Assembly: GCA_040437565.1 (NCBI GenBank)
Contig: JBDOQK010000059.1
Coordinates: 186,001 to 223,700, forward strand
Reading direction: 5' to 3'
DNA from: Albugo candida
Lineage: Eukaryota
DNA: 37,700 nucleotides
This document shows, piece after piece, positions 11,736-23,779 of the stretch; within the stretch, counting starts at the first letter, position 1, and every line of letters starts with the position of its first letter. A program made the position numbers and the translations under genes. The notes under the pieces are model-generated. The model was not told where the DNA came from and searched no databases. It was given only the letters and a program-made list of their open reading frames with translations.

Positions 11736-13451
11736 GTTGTTCAGAAGCTATTCATCTACTTGACCTGATTACATTACTATATTACAAAGGAATAGTTGCC
11801 CAAAAAATTATTGCTAAGAAGCTTCAAGTTGTGCACACCAATCAACTTCGGCAAGATCGGTTTGGATTGGACAAATACTGATTTCAATTCTGCCAATAAA
11901 TTTGCTCGCATACAGTCATCGGAGTCATCGCTTTAACTGTGCAAGCAACTCAAGCACCCCCCTTAAGCTTTGTGGGATCAGGAATAAGATTATTCGACAG
12001 ACTCGCTGTGATTTTCTATCTCAACAATGAGTGATTGGCTGTGAACTAGAAAATTGCGAGCTATGAAAATAAATAAAAAGCGAACGAATACATTTCTATA
12101 ACAAGCACGCTGGAAACGACGAATCTTCCCCGTCAGAAACTCTACGATGTTTTTAAGCTTGCGGTCCACCAGTTACAAATTTTATCTGTATTGAACACTT
12201 GCTCAACAAAATGAAGATCTTCGCAAACTATTTGCTTGTAGCGGATGCTTTGTCCGTGAGCTGAACCTCATCAAGCTGATTCACACAGGAGAGTATCTGA
12301 TCTACTAGATAACGTATCGAGAGAAACTTGGAAATTTTTATTTGACGAAGCTGTCATTGGTTCCACAACTTACGGGCTTTCTCTGGACATCCTACAAATG
12401 ATCATCTAGGACCTCGAAAGACAAGTGGAGCTAAGACTCGTGAAATGGCGAGTGTCTGTACATTATGAAAATCACGATCAAGTTCCTCGTATCAATTGAT
12501 CAAGGAATAGAAAAAAACATCAAGCCGATGCAATATGTCCCTCACTCTAGTTTGACAGAAAACCGCATGCATCGGAAAAGGGTCCAAAAAGCACACCCAA
12601 GGGATATGTAATAGCTACACGAAAGCTGCTTTTTTTCTCAAAAGAAGTTGCAAGTGAACAGCACAAAGCGGGATCAGTATTTACTTGACTTTTCTTCTAC
12701 GCATTGATTGGATGACTCGTTTCCAAAGATTTGTTGGAAAAAAGTCAATTGCGATTGATTACAAGCTACCGCAAGATTTTGCGACAACGCAACTGCAAGC
12801 GGGTTTGCACATGTCAGTGACGTTACTAAGCATATCCAAACAGGTCGCCTGTCAACGAAAAGATGGCTGAGAATTAACAATGGCCGATAGAAGCCCATCA
12901 GAAGGTCTACAACCAACATCGAAAAATTACTCACTTTACTTCAGAAGTGCAACTAAGAAGATCGACAAGTACTGTAACCAGATAGGAGCTGTTTGAAAAA
13001 ACCGAGAGTTGAAATGGTCAAAACCGCTAAAGGATAAAAACGGCCGATTAATCGGATATTGATGGCTACTAGAAAAACAGACCAGGACCCGCTATGTACA
13101 GAGTAACAAGGCAAAGTGACAACGTGTCTTTATTGATGCTTGTTCGATCTATGAACAGAGAATATAATTTTTGAGTCAAAGAGTAGGAGCAATAGTCTTG
13201 AGCATGCCAGTGGGTGCCCATATCGAGCATTAGACAAGAATGCTATTATGCTGCTACGAATTGCAACATGATGTTTGAAGATCCATGATTTAAGTAGGCA
13301 ACAGCACTTCCTGTGACGAGGATCGAAGCGATGTTCCAGGCTAGAATAGTCGCTAGCAGGTGGAAAACTGATGAGCACATCGCGCTGCCGCTTCGTAGCC
13401 ACCTTCGCTGGACAATACAAGACACCGTCATCTCAGTGATGTAGACGCTCG

Positions 13452-13658
13452 ATGAAATACATTCATTTGATATCCAAGTACCATCGGAGAGATTTAAGCC
13501 ACATTTTAGAAGAAACTCTGTGGACTCGGATGAGTCATAAAAAAGCGAAAATCTGCTTCTTAATATGCAATTCCACCGAACACATTTTTTTTGATTGTCC
13601 TGTAGTCACAAGGAATGAAGCACAAAAGTTGCATAAATTCGTCAACTCTGGAACTTAA
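13452..13658 (+). pseudogene. Possible fragment of a non-LTR retrotransposon C-terminal zinc finger (zf-RVT-like)
   Basis: ICFLICNSTEHIFFDCPVV resembles the CxxC..ETxxHLFFxCP motif. There is no recognisable RT next to it. Confidence 0.35.
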
Positions 13659-13715
13659 AAATGCTGTTGCTGATCTTACCCACTCCCTATCCGACTTTTC
13701 TACCCGCCGGGTACT

Positions 13716-14099
13716 TTGTCTAGGATTTCATTACACTGTTTATCTGGTTCTTTGACTACCTTCCTTATCCTATCATGAGCCCCTGACCGTGTGAATATCA
13801 CTTAAGTCTGACTTCAAACCNNNNNNNNNNNNNNNNNNNNNNNNNNNNNNNNNNNNNNNNNNNNNNNNNNNNNNNNNNNNNNNNNNNNNNNNNNNNNNNN
13901 NNNNNNNNNNNNNNNNNNNNCCCTGACCGTGTGAATATCACTTAAGTCTGACTTCAAACCTAGGGAGGCAGATATTTTCCAAGCTTATTGCTTGGGTGGA
14001 CTCAAACCGCTGCCCACACTGCCGGGGATCGAACTGACGACCGCCGGCAGGGGGTCCGTGCGCTCAAGTGCTTAACCGACTGAGCTGGGTACGGAACCC
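13716..14099 (-). mobile_element. tRNA-derived SINE-like element (about 245 bp after removing the gap and its 40-bp duplication)
   Basis: The minus strand starts GGGTTCCGTACCCAGCTCAGTCGGTTAAGC (A box about 14086-14076) and has GTTCGATCC (B box 14034-14026). It has no pairing acceptor stem. It is flanked by the direct repeat CTACCCGCCGGGTACT at 13700-13715 and 14099-14114. Confidence 0.65.
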
Positions 14100-14477
14100 T
14101 ACCCGCCGGGTACTACACAACCCGCCAGTTTAGTACACAGCTCGAAAAGCAACCTATTACAGCTTTGTCCTATCAAAAATGGTGTAAGTCGATAGCTCGA
14201 CATAACCAATGGTATCATCATCCACTTTGCTGGTGTGGCAACCCTGCAAATTCACCCAACTTCGGTTTATTGCTTGATTGTTGATGAGTCATCAAACCTG
14301 TGCGATGACGTACGCTGAAAGTATCCCACCCTCTGAGACGTCCCAGGTGAGTATAGGTGCTACAGGTGCTATGGTGCAACTCTCCTAGAAACAACACTTT
14401 TTTGACCAAGTTCAAAGTCTATCAGACACGGGGATTGGAAAGCTTTGTCAGTTTTTCTTGCACCAAACGATAGCTTA

Positions 14478-17400
14478 TGAAGTGCGGAGCATTTTGTTGC
14501 AAGAAGATTGTGCATATCTTTTTTTTTTCATGGTGCTGATACGCCTCAAACTTTGACCATTTTGCATGTTTTCCTAAGATCGGCAGGATCTGAAACACCC
14601 CGTGTGAAAGGTCGTACGCTGTGCAATTTTTCTTTCGTGGATGGAATGAAAGCAAATAAGGCAGACAAGGTATACAAACAAAAGAGGAATGTCTATGTAC
14701 AGTTTCTGGCCTAGGATGAGAGGAAATAGGGCATGGGAGGTATAGAGAAAACGACGAATGGCGTTGTATATATGGCAGAGTCATAAGGAAATCCAAAAAA
14801 AAGCTCAAACACCTGTTAGCACATCGATATACCTGCAGAAATCAATCCTTGACGCGTAGACGTCGGTGCGATTTAATCTTCCGTCTGTCCCGCTCAACCT
14901 TCTCCGCCTCAACGCCATCCTTGCCTTTGCTATACATTTCAATGTATCGCCAGGAAGTTCGAGCGTGCTTCCGAGTTTCCTTTATGCTCACTCCATCGAG
15001 GATACCATGGAGCCTCTCCCAAAGCGAGGTGAAATTATAATTACATTGGCTCCGAGCTGCTCTCTTGGCGGCTCCCCAGTACCTCTCGATGAAGTTNNNN
15101 NNNNNNNNNNNNNNNNNNNNNNNNNNNNNNNNNNNNNNNNNNNNNNNNNNNNNNNNNNNNNNNNNNNNNNNNNNNNNNNNNNNNNNNNNNNNNNNNGAAA
15201 TTATAATTACATTGGCTCCGAGCTGCTCTCTTGGCGGCTCCCCAGTACCTCTCGATGAAGTTGCACTCACAGTGTAACTTGGGGTAATATTCAAAAATGT
15301 GTCCTGCCTGCTTCACTTCCATCTCCAAGGCTGAATCCTGTTCAGCAAATTCGGGCTAAGCCATTAAGGCATGCCTCCAGCAGAAGTCATTTGTTGGAAG
15401 CGATGCCTTGGAATGGCAATCCAGATTCCAATTTACGTTGGGAGGAGGACCGATCCCGTTTTCCTTCAGCACCTGTGAGAGAGCAACGTGAGTAGTGAAT
15501 CGCATCAGTAAGATCTTGCAAGCACAGAGAAGAAAGCTTACCATATTGATATCCTTTAAGTAAATCTCTCCATTGTGGGCAAAACACATGGATTACCAGA
15601 TTTTTTGGTAATCGATGCTGTACCATCCATCTTTGTACTGGTATGTTTTCATCTTCTTGGGTTTGATTGTCATTCTGCCAGCCATCAGAGCGTTGAGAGC
15701 AAATGCCTGATGATTGAAGGATTGGGTCGAAAGGAAAAAGTCCTGCGAAAACAAAAATTAATCTTCAGTTCCAACTAGAAATGTGAAACAAGATATTTGA
15801 AAAACGCACCAATACATCCTGGATGAAGGATATTGAAAATGGGGATGGCCTTCCCATTGAATTGGCTAACCATGTCTTTACTTTTCCATTAACCATATTT
15901 GTTCTTGCCTGACTTGATGATCTCTCTGGCTGATGGTGAAGTGAGCCCATTCTCCCTCGCTTGCTGATCAGTGACTTTCATGGGCCCATGGCACGGGCGC
16001 AGAAAGTCACTGATCATGATTGACCCCCTGGTCCTTTCTTCCTTATCCAAATATCGCCTTCTTCTACCCAGAACTCCTCGCTTTCATCGATGCTGTAGAA
16101 GGTAGACTCATCGTGCCTCACATGCACATACTTGTTGTCCCACACTTCCACCTGGCCTTCCACCAGCACATGCATCTCCTCTCCAGTCCAATAATCCATC
16201 TTCTTTTTGTACTCAATCATCCTCTTTGACCAACCCTCTCTATACTTCACCACATCCTCCCTTTCATGACCGTCCATATACAGCTGCTTTCCCATTTACT
16301 TTGTTTGAATCCCCATATCTTCAGGTACTTGACCACTGTCAAGTAGCTGATCTTCTGCTCCTTCTCTCCCAGGACCTTTGAGAAAATGCTGTTTTGAAGG
16401 ACCATTTGGAGCTCTTTGGGCGATCTTTCATTGAGCTTCTCCCCCTCGTCCATGACAGGCACTCTCTCTGGATATCAAGGTCTGCCAGGATCTCTCTCCT
16501 TTTTGAATGTCGGCCTTGCTGATGTGCTGAAAGGGCTTTGCTGACCAAGTACCGATCTGCCCAAAGCCCAACGTTCCTGCAGACCCTGTCTGACGTCTTG
16601 TGCAGTTTATCGTTGGCTGCAGTAGCTGACGCTTCCTTCTTTCTCATGCCCTGGTAAAGCCGTCCTTTCAGATACTGGAGGATGGCCATAAGTCTTAAAA
16701 CAAGATAAGGTGGGAATTTTCCCCAGCTGCTGTCTGGTTCTGTATGCCCTTCTACCCTTCCTTCAAACCGTTAATGGCCTCTTCCATTCTGTCTTCTTCT
16801 TCTCCCTCTTCTCCATTCTGCTCACTACTCTCATCTTCTTATGCAATGAACAGATCCTTTCTTTTACTTGCTGGTGGCTCCTGAACTGCTGGTTTGAAGT
16901 AGATGTCCAGCCTCTGCAGGTTATTCTCCTTGACATACTTCTCCCTCCTCCAGTTGGTGTTTTTGATATCTCTGCCAAGGTATGTAAAGAGTTAGAGGGT
17001 AAAGAACGTTTGTGGCAAAAGAAGCCAGCTCACCTTAAATAGGTAGAAGATCTCTTCTTCTTCTCCTTCTTTTCCTTCTCCAGCTAAGCCTGGAAACAGC
17101 AATTCTCTTTTGTAGCTGATCTGTGTCTGTTTCTAGCCAGTCTTCTTCACCTTCCTCTTCCCCTTTGCTTCCTCTTCCTCTTCCTCCTCTCCACTCCAGT
17201 CTGACATGAGGTTATGACAGTCGAGATTCTCTGCTGCCCCTTCTTGTTGTTGGCTTGGTGCAAGTTGGCTAATAGGGCCAGCCTTCTTCTTCTGGGAGGA
17301 GCCATTATAAAAACAAATATTGAATTTTTTTTCTTGAAATGTCTTTTTTAATGGTTTAATTCGATAATACGTGCAGAGCCTTACCAGCTTTACTCAAATC

Positions 17401-17578
17401 TACATTCTCATCTTTAAAAAATAACTTTAAATAATACTTGAAATAATTTGAATTTCAAAAAATTTAACTTCAAGTGAACATATTTGAAAAATAGCTTTAG
17501 TAATTCACAAAACTCCTTGGATGGATTTGTTAAAGAAAATTTGCCCGAAATTGAAACAAAAAAAAATGCTTCGCGCCA
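14478..17578 (-). mobile_element. IS630/Tc1/mariner-type DNA transposon A (degenerate)
   Basis: Imperfect TIRs: TGAAGTGCGGAGCATTTT at 14478-14495 versus the reverse complement of 17563-17578 (TGGCGCGAAGCATTTT). Each is flanked by TA (14476-77, 17579-80) and they enclose a transposase pseudogene. Confidence 0.55.
14842..17305 (-). pseudogene. DDE transposase pseudogene with three spliceosomal introns
   Basis: ATG at 17305 (MAPPRRRR). Motifs: YMDGHEREDVVKYR, HDESTFYS, AIPIFNILHPGC-GLFPFD, YPKLHCECNFIERYWGAAK and KSHRR. It contains stops and frameshifts. Introns are at 17033-16972, 15809-15743 and 15541-15473. Confidence 0.85.
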
Positions 17579-17684
17579 TAGCGATGTTCTCATGCATCAC
17601 ACCCTCGTCTCAGGCGAGTGGTACCGTCCCAAAAAGCCTGGACGAAAAAAATCCTGTCATTGGTGGAAATTTTGTAATGCCAAG

Positions 17685-17780
17685 TCTTGATGGTGTAGAC
17701 CACATCGGACACTAAAGGCCATGCTGAAGATTCTAATATTACAATTCCCGCAGTTAGCAACCTGAAACTTAATGAATGTA
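17685..17780 (+). repeat. Copia 5' LTR, first part
   Basis: About 85% identical by eye to 32832-32926. Confidence 0.9.
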
Positions 17781-19201
17781 TAGTGCACGGCACCTATAAT
17801 AGCACGTCCACCCGGTGCGCAAGAATTTTTTGGGACACCCAATTACCCACACAGACAAAAATATCTCTTTATATCTTAAAAGTACATTGCCGTGGATTTC
17901 TGGTAATAGAGTTGGATTTTTGCAAAATTTCTTTTTGATGAAGTTAGAAGCCTTTGAAGTTCGGCATATTTTCGTGATTATGTATGGAGCTATGGAAATT
18001 TGGCCGGACATCTAAGAATAGATACTTATTTTAACCAATTAGAAATGACCAACTAAAAATATATAATTGTTTTAGCCAATTAGAAAGGACCATATAAAAA
18101 TAGATAGTGTGTTAGAAGTCTGATACAGACTTACATATTTTCTTTGTTGGTTATGTGTATATCTGTAATCTAGTTTAAAAGTGCATTAAACAGAGGCTGG
18201 AATGCGACGGTGTGAACGGTACTTCTTCACTGCATATTCGGCAGCTTTTCCACTGAGATTTTTACGGTAGACATCCATGTACCGCTGTGTCTTTCATGCA
18301 AATCGGCGAATTGTTGTCAAGCTGATTGAGAACATGGCAGAGGGGGCAGTTTGTTGCAAGCCAGCCCAGGAGTGATTGCAGTGCTTTTGTGTGTACTGCT
18401 TTGCGGCGCCCCAAAAGTTCTCAATGTAGTTCAACTCGCAATGGGATTTGGTGTAAAATATAATTTTATGCTCAGCTGCTGTAATCACCTCCTCAAGTAA
18501 TCCACGCTGGGCCACAAAATCTGGCTGTCGGGACATGANNNNNNNNNNNNNNNNNNNNNNNNNNNNNNNNNNNNNNNNNNNNNNNNNNNNNNNNNNNNNN
18601 NNNNNNNNNNNNNNNNNNNNNNNNNNNNNNNNNNNNNNCACTGCATATTCGGCAGCTTTTCCACTGAGATTTTTACGGTAGACATCCATGTACCGCTGTG
18701 TCTTTCATGCAAATCGGCGAATTGTTGTCAAGCTGATTGAGAACATGGCAGAGGGGGCAGTTTGTTGCAAGCCAGCCCAGGAGTGATTGCAGTGCTTTTG
18801 TGTGTACTGCTTTGCGGCGCCCCAAAAGTTCTCAATGTAGTTCAACTCGCAATGGGATTTGGTGTAAAATATAATTTTATGCTCAGCTGCTGTAATCACC
18901 TCCTCAAGTAATCCACGCTGGGCCACAAAATCTGGCTGTCGGGACATGAAAGTTGAGCGCAGCAAGAAAGAGTATCAGAGCATCTGGCATCACTTGGGCA
19001 AACCAAACATAAGCCAGGTTGCCAAAGACCACGTTCGCTTAAAACAGCCTTTATTCCCTTTTGTTTACCACGTACTTCCTCATTCTCATAATCGTCTGAA
19101 TAAACCATGCTCTGTGGCACATTGTCTCCATAAGTCGTTGGCCTTGAGAAAAGCACAGATTAATTAATTGTTTACAGTAACTACTGTGATGATTTATTTA
19201 A

Positions 19202-20572
19202 GGGAGCCACTATGGCTACAGACAAAACTACTACGGCCACAGACCCTTAATTTAACCAATCACAGCTCACAAAATTGAATTGTTGCTAATTATGCCAGCC
19301 AATCAGGTCATTTGTATACTTTTATACACAAGCTCATTCACTAGATATCCGCAACACTCTCAGCAGGCACGGACATGGAGAAGCAGCAGAACGAGCAAAT
19401 CACCGCGCGAAAGACCATGGAAGAGCATATGAATGTGGTAGCTGCTGCAAATGGCTATGGAATCGTCACCAAGTCCTCATACAGGCAACGANNNNNNNNN
19501 NNNNNNNNNNNNNNNNNNNNNNNNNNNNNNNNNNNNNNNNNNNNNNNNNNNNNNNNNNNNNNNNNNNNNNNNNNNNNNNNNNNNNNNNNNNGGGGATACC
19601 TTGCGAGCATCAGTTGCGGCAGATCGTCGCAAGCGGGAGGAGGCTTGCATTGAGTGCGATTTGGATGTTCATTGGCACCTTCATCAACTCTCTTCAGTAC
19701 GACCTCCAGTTGCAGGCCACCCAGATGATGCTTTGCCAGTCCTTTTCGAAAAATTGCGCGACAATCTCAGCAACCTACCTCGAAACCAGAAAGAGGCAGT
19801 CTTGGACGATCTGGAAGAGATATTACAGGTATTTCTGGGCGATTGTTTTTTTTCGTTTGATATTTTAATGGGTACCAACTCTGTTTAGATAAGCAAACAC
19901 CACAAGTCCTCGAAGAGGCAGAGGTTGCTCGAACGAGAGGAAGACCAAGCGGAACGAGCAACAAAACCTCGACGCGACGAGAACCTTCTCAATTTGAATA
20001 CGTGGAGGGAATGCCTCGCAGGAAGAGGAAGGCGACGACGTGCGGTTCTTGGCATCAAGCGGGGCACCGACGTACCGACGTTGACCCTTCAATGAACAGA
20101 GCCGAAGTCAATATCTCGCAACAGTTGAACATCATCCCATCGAAGATTCTCAACTGCAACAGCCTGTTGATTTCGGTTCCGAGTGGACCGTTGTTTAAAC
20201 CGCTGTCGGTCGCCCACTTTCAGATTAGGTTTAGCATGGCTGGTTGTGAGAGCACACGGTCAATGAGAAAAAAGGCTAAATGTAATCACTTCTACTACTG
20301 TCCTCGTTCCTCCAAAGTCTAACACAGCCACCTTCCTAACATCCAACTCCTTAGCGTATCTACTATTAACCTACCATATACAGATATCAGGAAAAAAAAC
20401 GTACCTACGGTAGAACAATACAAACAAAAACAGCGTAAGAAACAGAATGAGCTTGTGTATAAAAGTATACAAGTGACCGGATTGGCTGGCATAATTCAAT
20501 TTTGTGAGCTGTGATTGGTTAAGTTAAGTGTCTGTGGCCGTAGTATTAATGTCTGTGGCCATAGTGGCTCCC
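19202..20572 (+). mobile_element. Mutator-like element (MULE); central part lost in a gap
   Basis: TIRs of about 130-140 bp starting GGGAGCCACTATGG (19202-19339 versus 20445-20572). Perfect 9-bp TSD TTTATTTAA at 19193-19201 and 20573-20581. Confidence 0.92.
19375..20085 (+). pseudogene. MULE transposase remnants
   Basis: FAR1-like N-terminus (AAANGYGIVTKSS), SWIM-type GIPCEH...DVHWHL, RTRGRP, STRREPSQFE and a decayed knuckle CGSWHQAGH. A probable intron lies at 19829-19888. Confidence 0.75.
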
Positions 20573-22588
20573 TTTATTTAACTCATTCCTCATTTTCGGT
20601 TGTTTTCCACCCGGGCCAAGGTTCATTCTCTTTGCAACGAGTGCATCACCAGCAAAAGCAGCATGACTGGTTGCATTGTCGAAGGCAAATAAAGCTTGAG
20701 ATCCAAGAAATTGAGCATTGAAGATTGGAATAGCTTTGTGACGGACTTGTGCATGCAGATGCTCTACTGTCCACCAGCCATCGTTACTCTTTCCAGGCTT
20801 CATGTAAACACAGCACTCTTTTGGCACTCAGGATACTCAAGCTGCTTTGCTTCATCGAGCGCCAAGCGCCCGCAAACATCAGTCAAAAAGTCGCTAACGT
20901 GAAGGGAACGTCCTTGTCCTTTTTTCGCAATGGCTGCTTTCCCTCCGGCATCCAGAGTTTCCTTTGACCATCATTTGCTAAGAAACACTCTTATCATGCG
21001 TAATCAATGGTTCCACACCATCTGCAAGCCACGCCATAACTTCCATATTTTCACCAGAGAAAACTGGAAACCTATGGACATATGCCTCCATTAGTGCAAG
21101 AAACCCACGTCGCGTCGGTATGCCACAACATCAGCACGCTCATGTCCATCAATGTAGAGACCTTTGCGGACCACTCGAAAGCCAAGCTTCATTTCTTTCA
21201 CCCATCGCATAGCAGTTAGGGATGATATTGTTGATGGTGGTGCATAACCGAGGGAAGGAAGAATCACATCATTAATGTGAATTGTAAGGTTGGTGATGTC
21301 AACTACGAATTTATTTTTGCGCAAATAGGTCTTTAATTGCCCCACAATGTCCTCATCCCATATAAACGACCAACTCTTTGCGTGTTTTCCTTGTCGGGAC
21401 ATTGGCAGCTTGTGGTCCTTTAGAAATGCACGTGACCACGTGCGTAAAGACGGTGAGAAGTATGGGCCCTTTCCTATGGCTGTGGTGAAAAAGTCGCTTG
21501 CGCTCGTGCGACTTCTCCCAATTTTTGTAAAGACGAAGATACAAACTCAAAGCTTGCACGCGTAGCTGCTCTGCCCCATTCAGCTTCTTTGCTTTGTCAA
21601 TTTTGACAATCTTGACAATCTTTGCCAATTCTTCTATTGTACTGTCAAAGCTCCCCTCTTCCCACAGGCTATCTTCAATATCGTCAGTTTCGGAATCTTC
21701 CTCAGCAGAAACTTCTGCTGTCACAGGCTCTTGCCGCATGAAATAGCTGGTCAGCTTTCGTGAACCTTCTGCTGCCTTGCGCTGATTCTGTTTGTGACGT
21801 CGGCGTGCCCGTGGTGAATCACCACCGTAACGAAATGGGGGTTGGTGGTTGGTACTGGAGCAATAAGAGCTGGTGACATCGTCGCCTCCAACAGTTCTAC
21901 TGCACCTTCAGTCTGCTCTTCTTCCTTGTCACTTGTTGGTTCCTCTCCAAAAATTTCATTCTCCATGTCACTACCATCTATATTGTTTCCACTGTCAGAA
22001 TCCTGTGAAAATGGTGGTGAACTGTGATGATTNNNNNNNNNNNNNNNNNNNNNNNNNNNNNNNNNNNNNNNNNNNNNNNNNNNNNNNNNNNNNNNNNNNN
22101 NNNNNNNNNNNNNNNNNNNNNNNNNNNNNNNNCTGCTCTTCTTCCTTGTCACTTGTTGGTTCCTCTCCAAAAATTTCATTCTCCATGTCACTACCATCTA
22201 TATTGTTTCCACTGTCAGAATCCTGTGAAAATGGTGGTGAACTGTGATGATTTTTTTGCGTTTCTGGCATTGTGCAAGTGTTTTTTGCGCTTTGATAGTT
22301 GTACCATGTTGACTAGCGAATGTTTTTTGCTGTTTAGAATGTTTGAGGGTGCTGGTTATGTATCTACTGTATGTAGTCTACATATATATCTACATAGGTG
22401 TCCACCCTATAGTTTCGCGTTACATATTATTGTCGGATTCCGATCGGTTCACAAAACAGATATTTCTCACGTTATTGGTTCACAAAACAGGTTTCTGTCA
22501 CGTTAGAAGTATACTCTGCATGAAATAGATTTTTGGAAATTTGGCCGCAAAACTATGGGGGTGTCGGTTATAGGTGTTGTGCACTATA

Positions 22589-22641
22589 CTACTCATTTTT
22601 TATCGAAAGTCATGCCCCCTCCATAAAGTCCTTTATCAACA
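22589..22641 (+). repeat. Copia 5' LTR, second part
   Basis: Aligns loosely with 32927-32994, ends TATCAACA and is followed by the PBS-like sequence. Confidence 0.75.
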
Positions 22642-22739
22642 GATTATAAGCCTAAGATCGGGGGAATAACACGACTTATTGCGTTAACAACAATTGTTTT
22701 GAATGGGAGTTCAATGCTCGAATGAGATTAGCAAAGGAA

Positions 22740-23561
22740 GAACCTTCACGGACATATTGAGGCTGAAGAATCGAATGAGGCCGATCCGGCAATAGAAATG
22801 TAGAATATCAATGATGTTAAGGCCTTTGTCATTATTGCAACCATGATCTGCCCGAAGTTCCAGTCATTAATTCGTTCAGCTACACGCACAGCTGAAGCTA
22901 GGAGATCTTGCAAAACAGCGTTGTTTGACGTAACACGCACAATCGGATACAAATAAGACGACAAGTGCACGAATTCAGGATGGACAAGGGAGAAAACGAA
23001 TTGGAACATCTCAAGAAATTCGAGGAGATATGTACAAGAATGACTGTGATTGGATACAGCATGAATCAAGACGAATTACCCTGCTATTAGGCAGTCTGTC
23101 GGATGAGTACGGCTCAATCGTTAAAATATCCCAAACATAGATAAATTACAAGCGAAGCAGATGATCCGGCGAGAATATGAATCCCTGCAACGCAAGAAGT
23201 CTGGGGAACTTGCTTTGAAAACAACTAAGAAGTTAAGAAAACAAAAAGAAAAAAACCATAAACTGCGGGATGGAACAGCACAAAGTTTAGGGGGAAGTGT
23301 TTTGGAAGCGGAAGTACTGGTCATACAATTTCTGAGTGCCGAAAAAATTCGACAGCAGCCAAGGCGACAACCGAGCATCGAACATGCATTTCTGGCGTCA
23401 AATAATAAATCGGACATGAATTGGTTACTAAATAGTGGTGCCAGTAGTCACATGAGTTTATTTGTAGAAGAATTAACGGATCTCAAGCCACTCAAATCAT
23501 CAATTTAAATCGCTGTGACAAATGGCCTTCAACTCACAGCCACAAGAGCTGGAACGGTTCC
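22740..23561 (+). pseudogene. Copia gag and N-terminal protease (degenerate)
   Basis: HNRIQIRRQVHEFRMDKG, LLGSLSDEYGSIV, zinc-knuckle remnant FRGKCFGSGSTGHTISEC and protease WLLNSGASSHMS (catalytic D changed to N). Confidence 0.85.
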
Positions 23562-23777
23562 TGTCGTTGAGTTCGTGAAAAGTATTTTATTATTTGGAAA
23601 GGTCCTTAGTTCGCTACCCTAATTCTAAGTCTTTCCCCTAGCAGGATTGCTCCCGCAAGCCTGTCATAAAACGTTGTAGGAGCACGTGTACTTACGCAAG
23701 GTATAGAATACGGAATTCGGATAATGACGTGTACGCCTATCTGTTAGGACCATGCTCTCAAAATGTTCATTGTGACA
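23562..23777 (-). repeat. Gypsy 3' LTR
   Basis: TGTCG...TGACA, about 85-88% identical by eye to 30520-30741. Confidence 0.92.
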
Positions 23778-23779
23778 TC

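Larger units (their letters stand above)
18186..22307 (-). pseudogene. DDE transposase pseudogene of element B, interrupted by a MULE
   Basis: ATG at 22307 (MVQLSKRKKH). Motifs: RQGKHAK, YIDGHERADVVAYR, DGWWT, ALFAFDNATSH, GPGGKQPKMR, KGIKAVLSERGLW, QPDF, HCELNYIENFWGAAK and KKYRSHRRIP-stop at 18186. Multiple frameshifts. Confidence 0.88.
17781..22586 (-). mobile_element. IS630/Tc1/mariner-type DNA transposon B inserted in the Copia 5' LTR
   Basis: TIRs are TAGTGCACGGCACCTATAA (17781-17799) and TTATAGGTGTTGTGCACTA (22568-22586), matching at 17/19. TA duplications are at 17779-80 and 22587-88. The empty site (AATGAAYGTACT) matches the 3' LTR. Confidence 0.9.

Noticed and set aside
14020..14099. 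Functional tRNA gene
   Set aside because: It has A and B boxes but no pairing acceptor stem or clear anticodon arm. It is better explained as a SINE head.
18035..18103. Two ~28-bp direct repeats (CCAATTAGAAA.GACCA..TAAAAATA)
   Set aside because: They lie inside element B's subterminal region and are not an independent feature.
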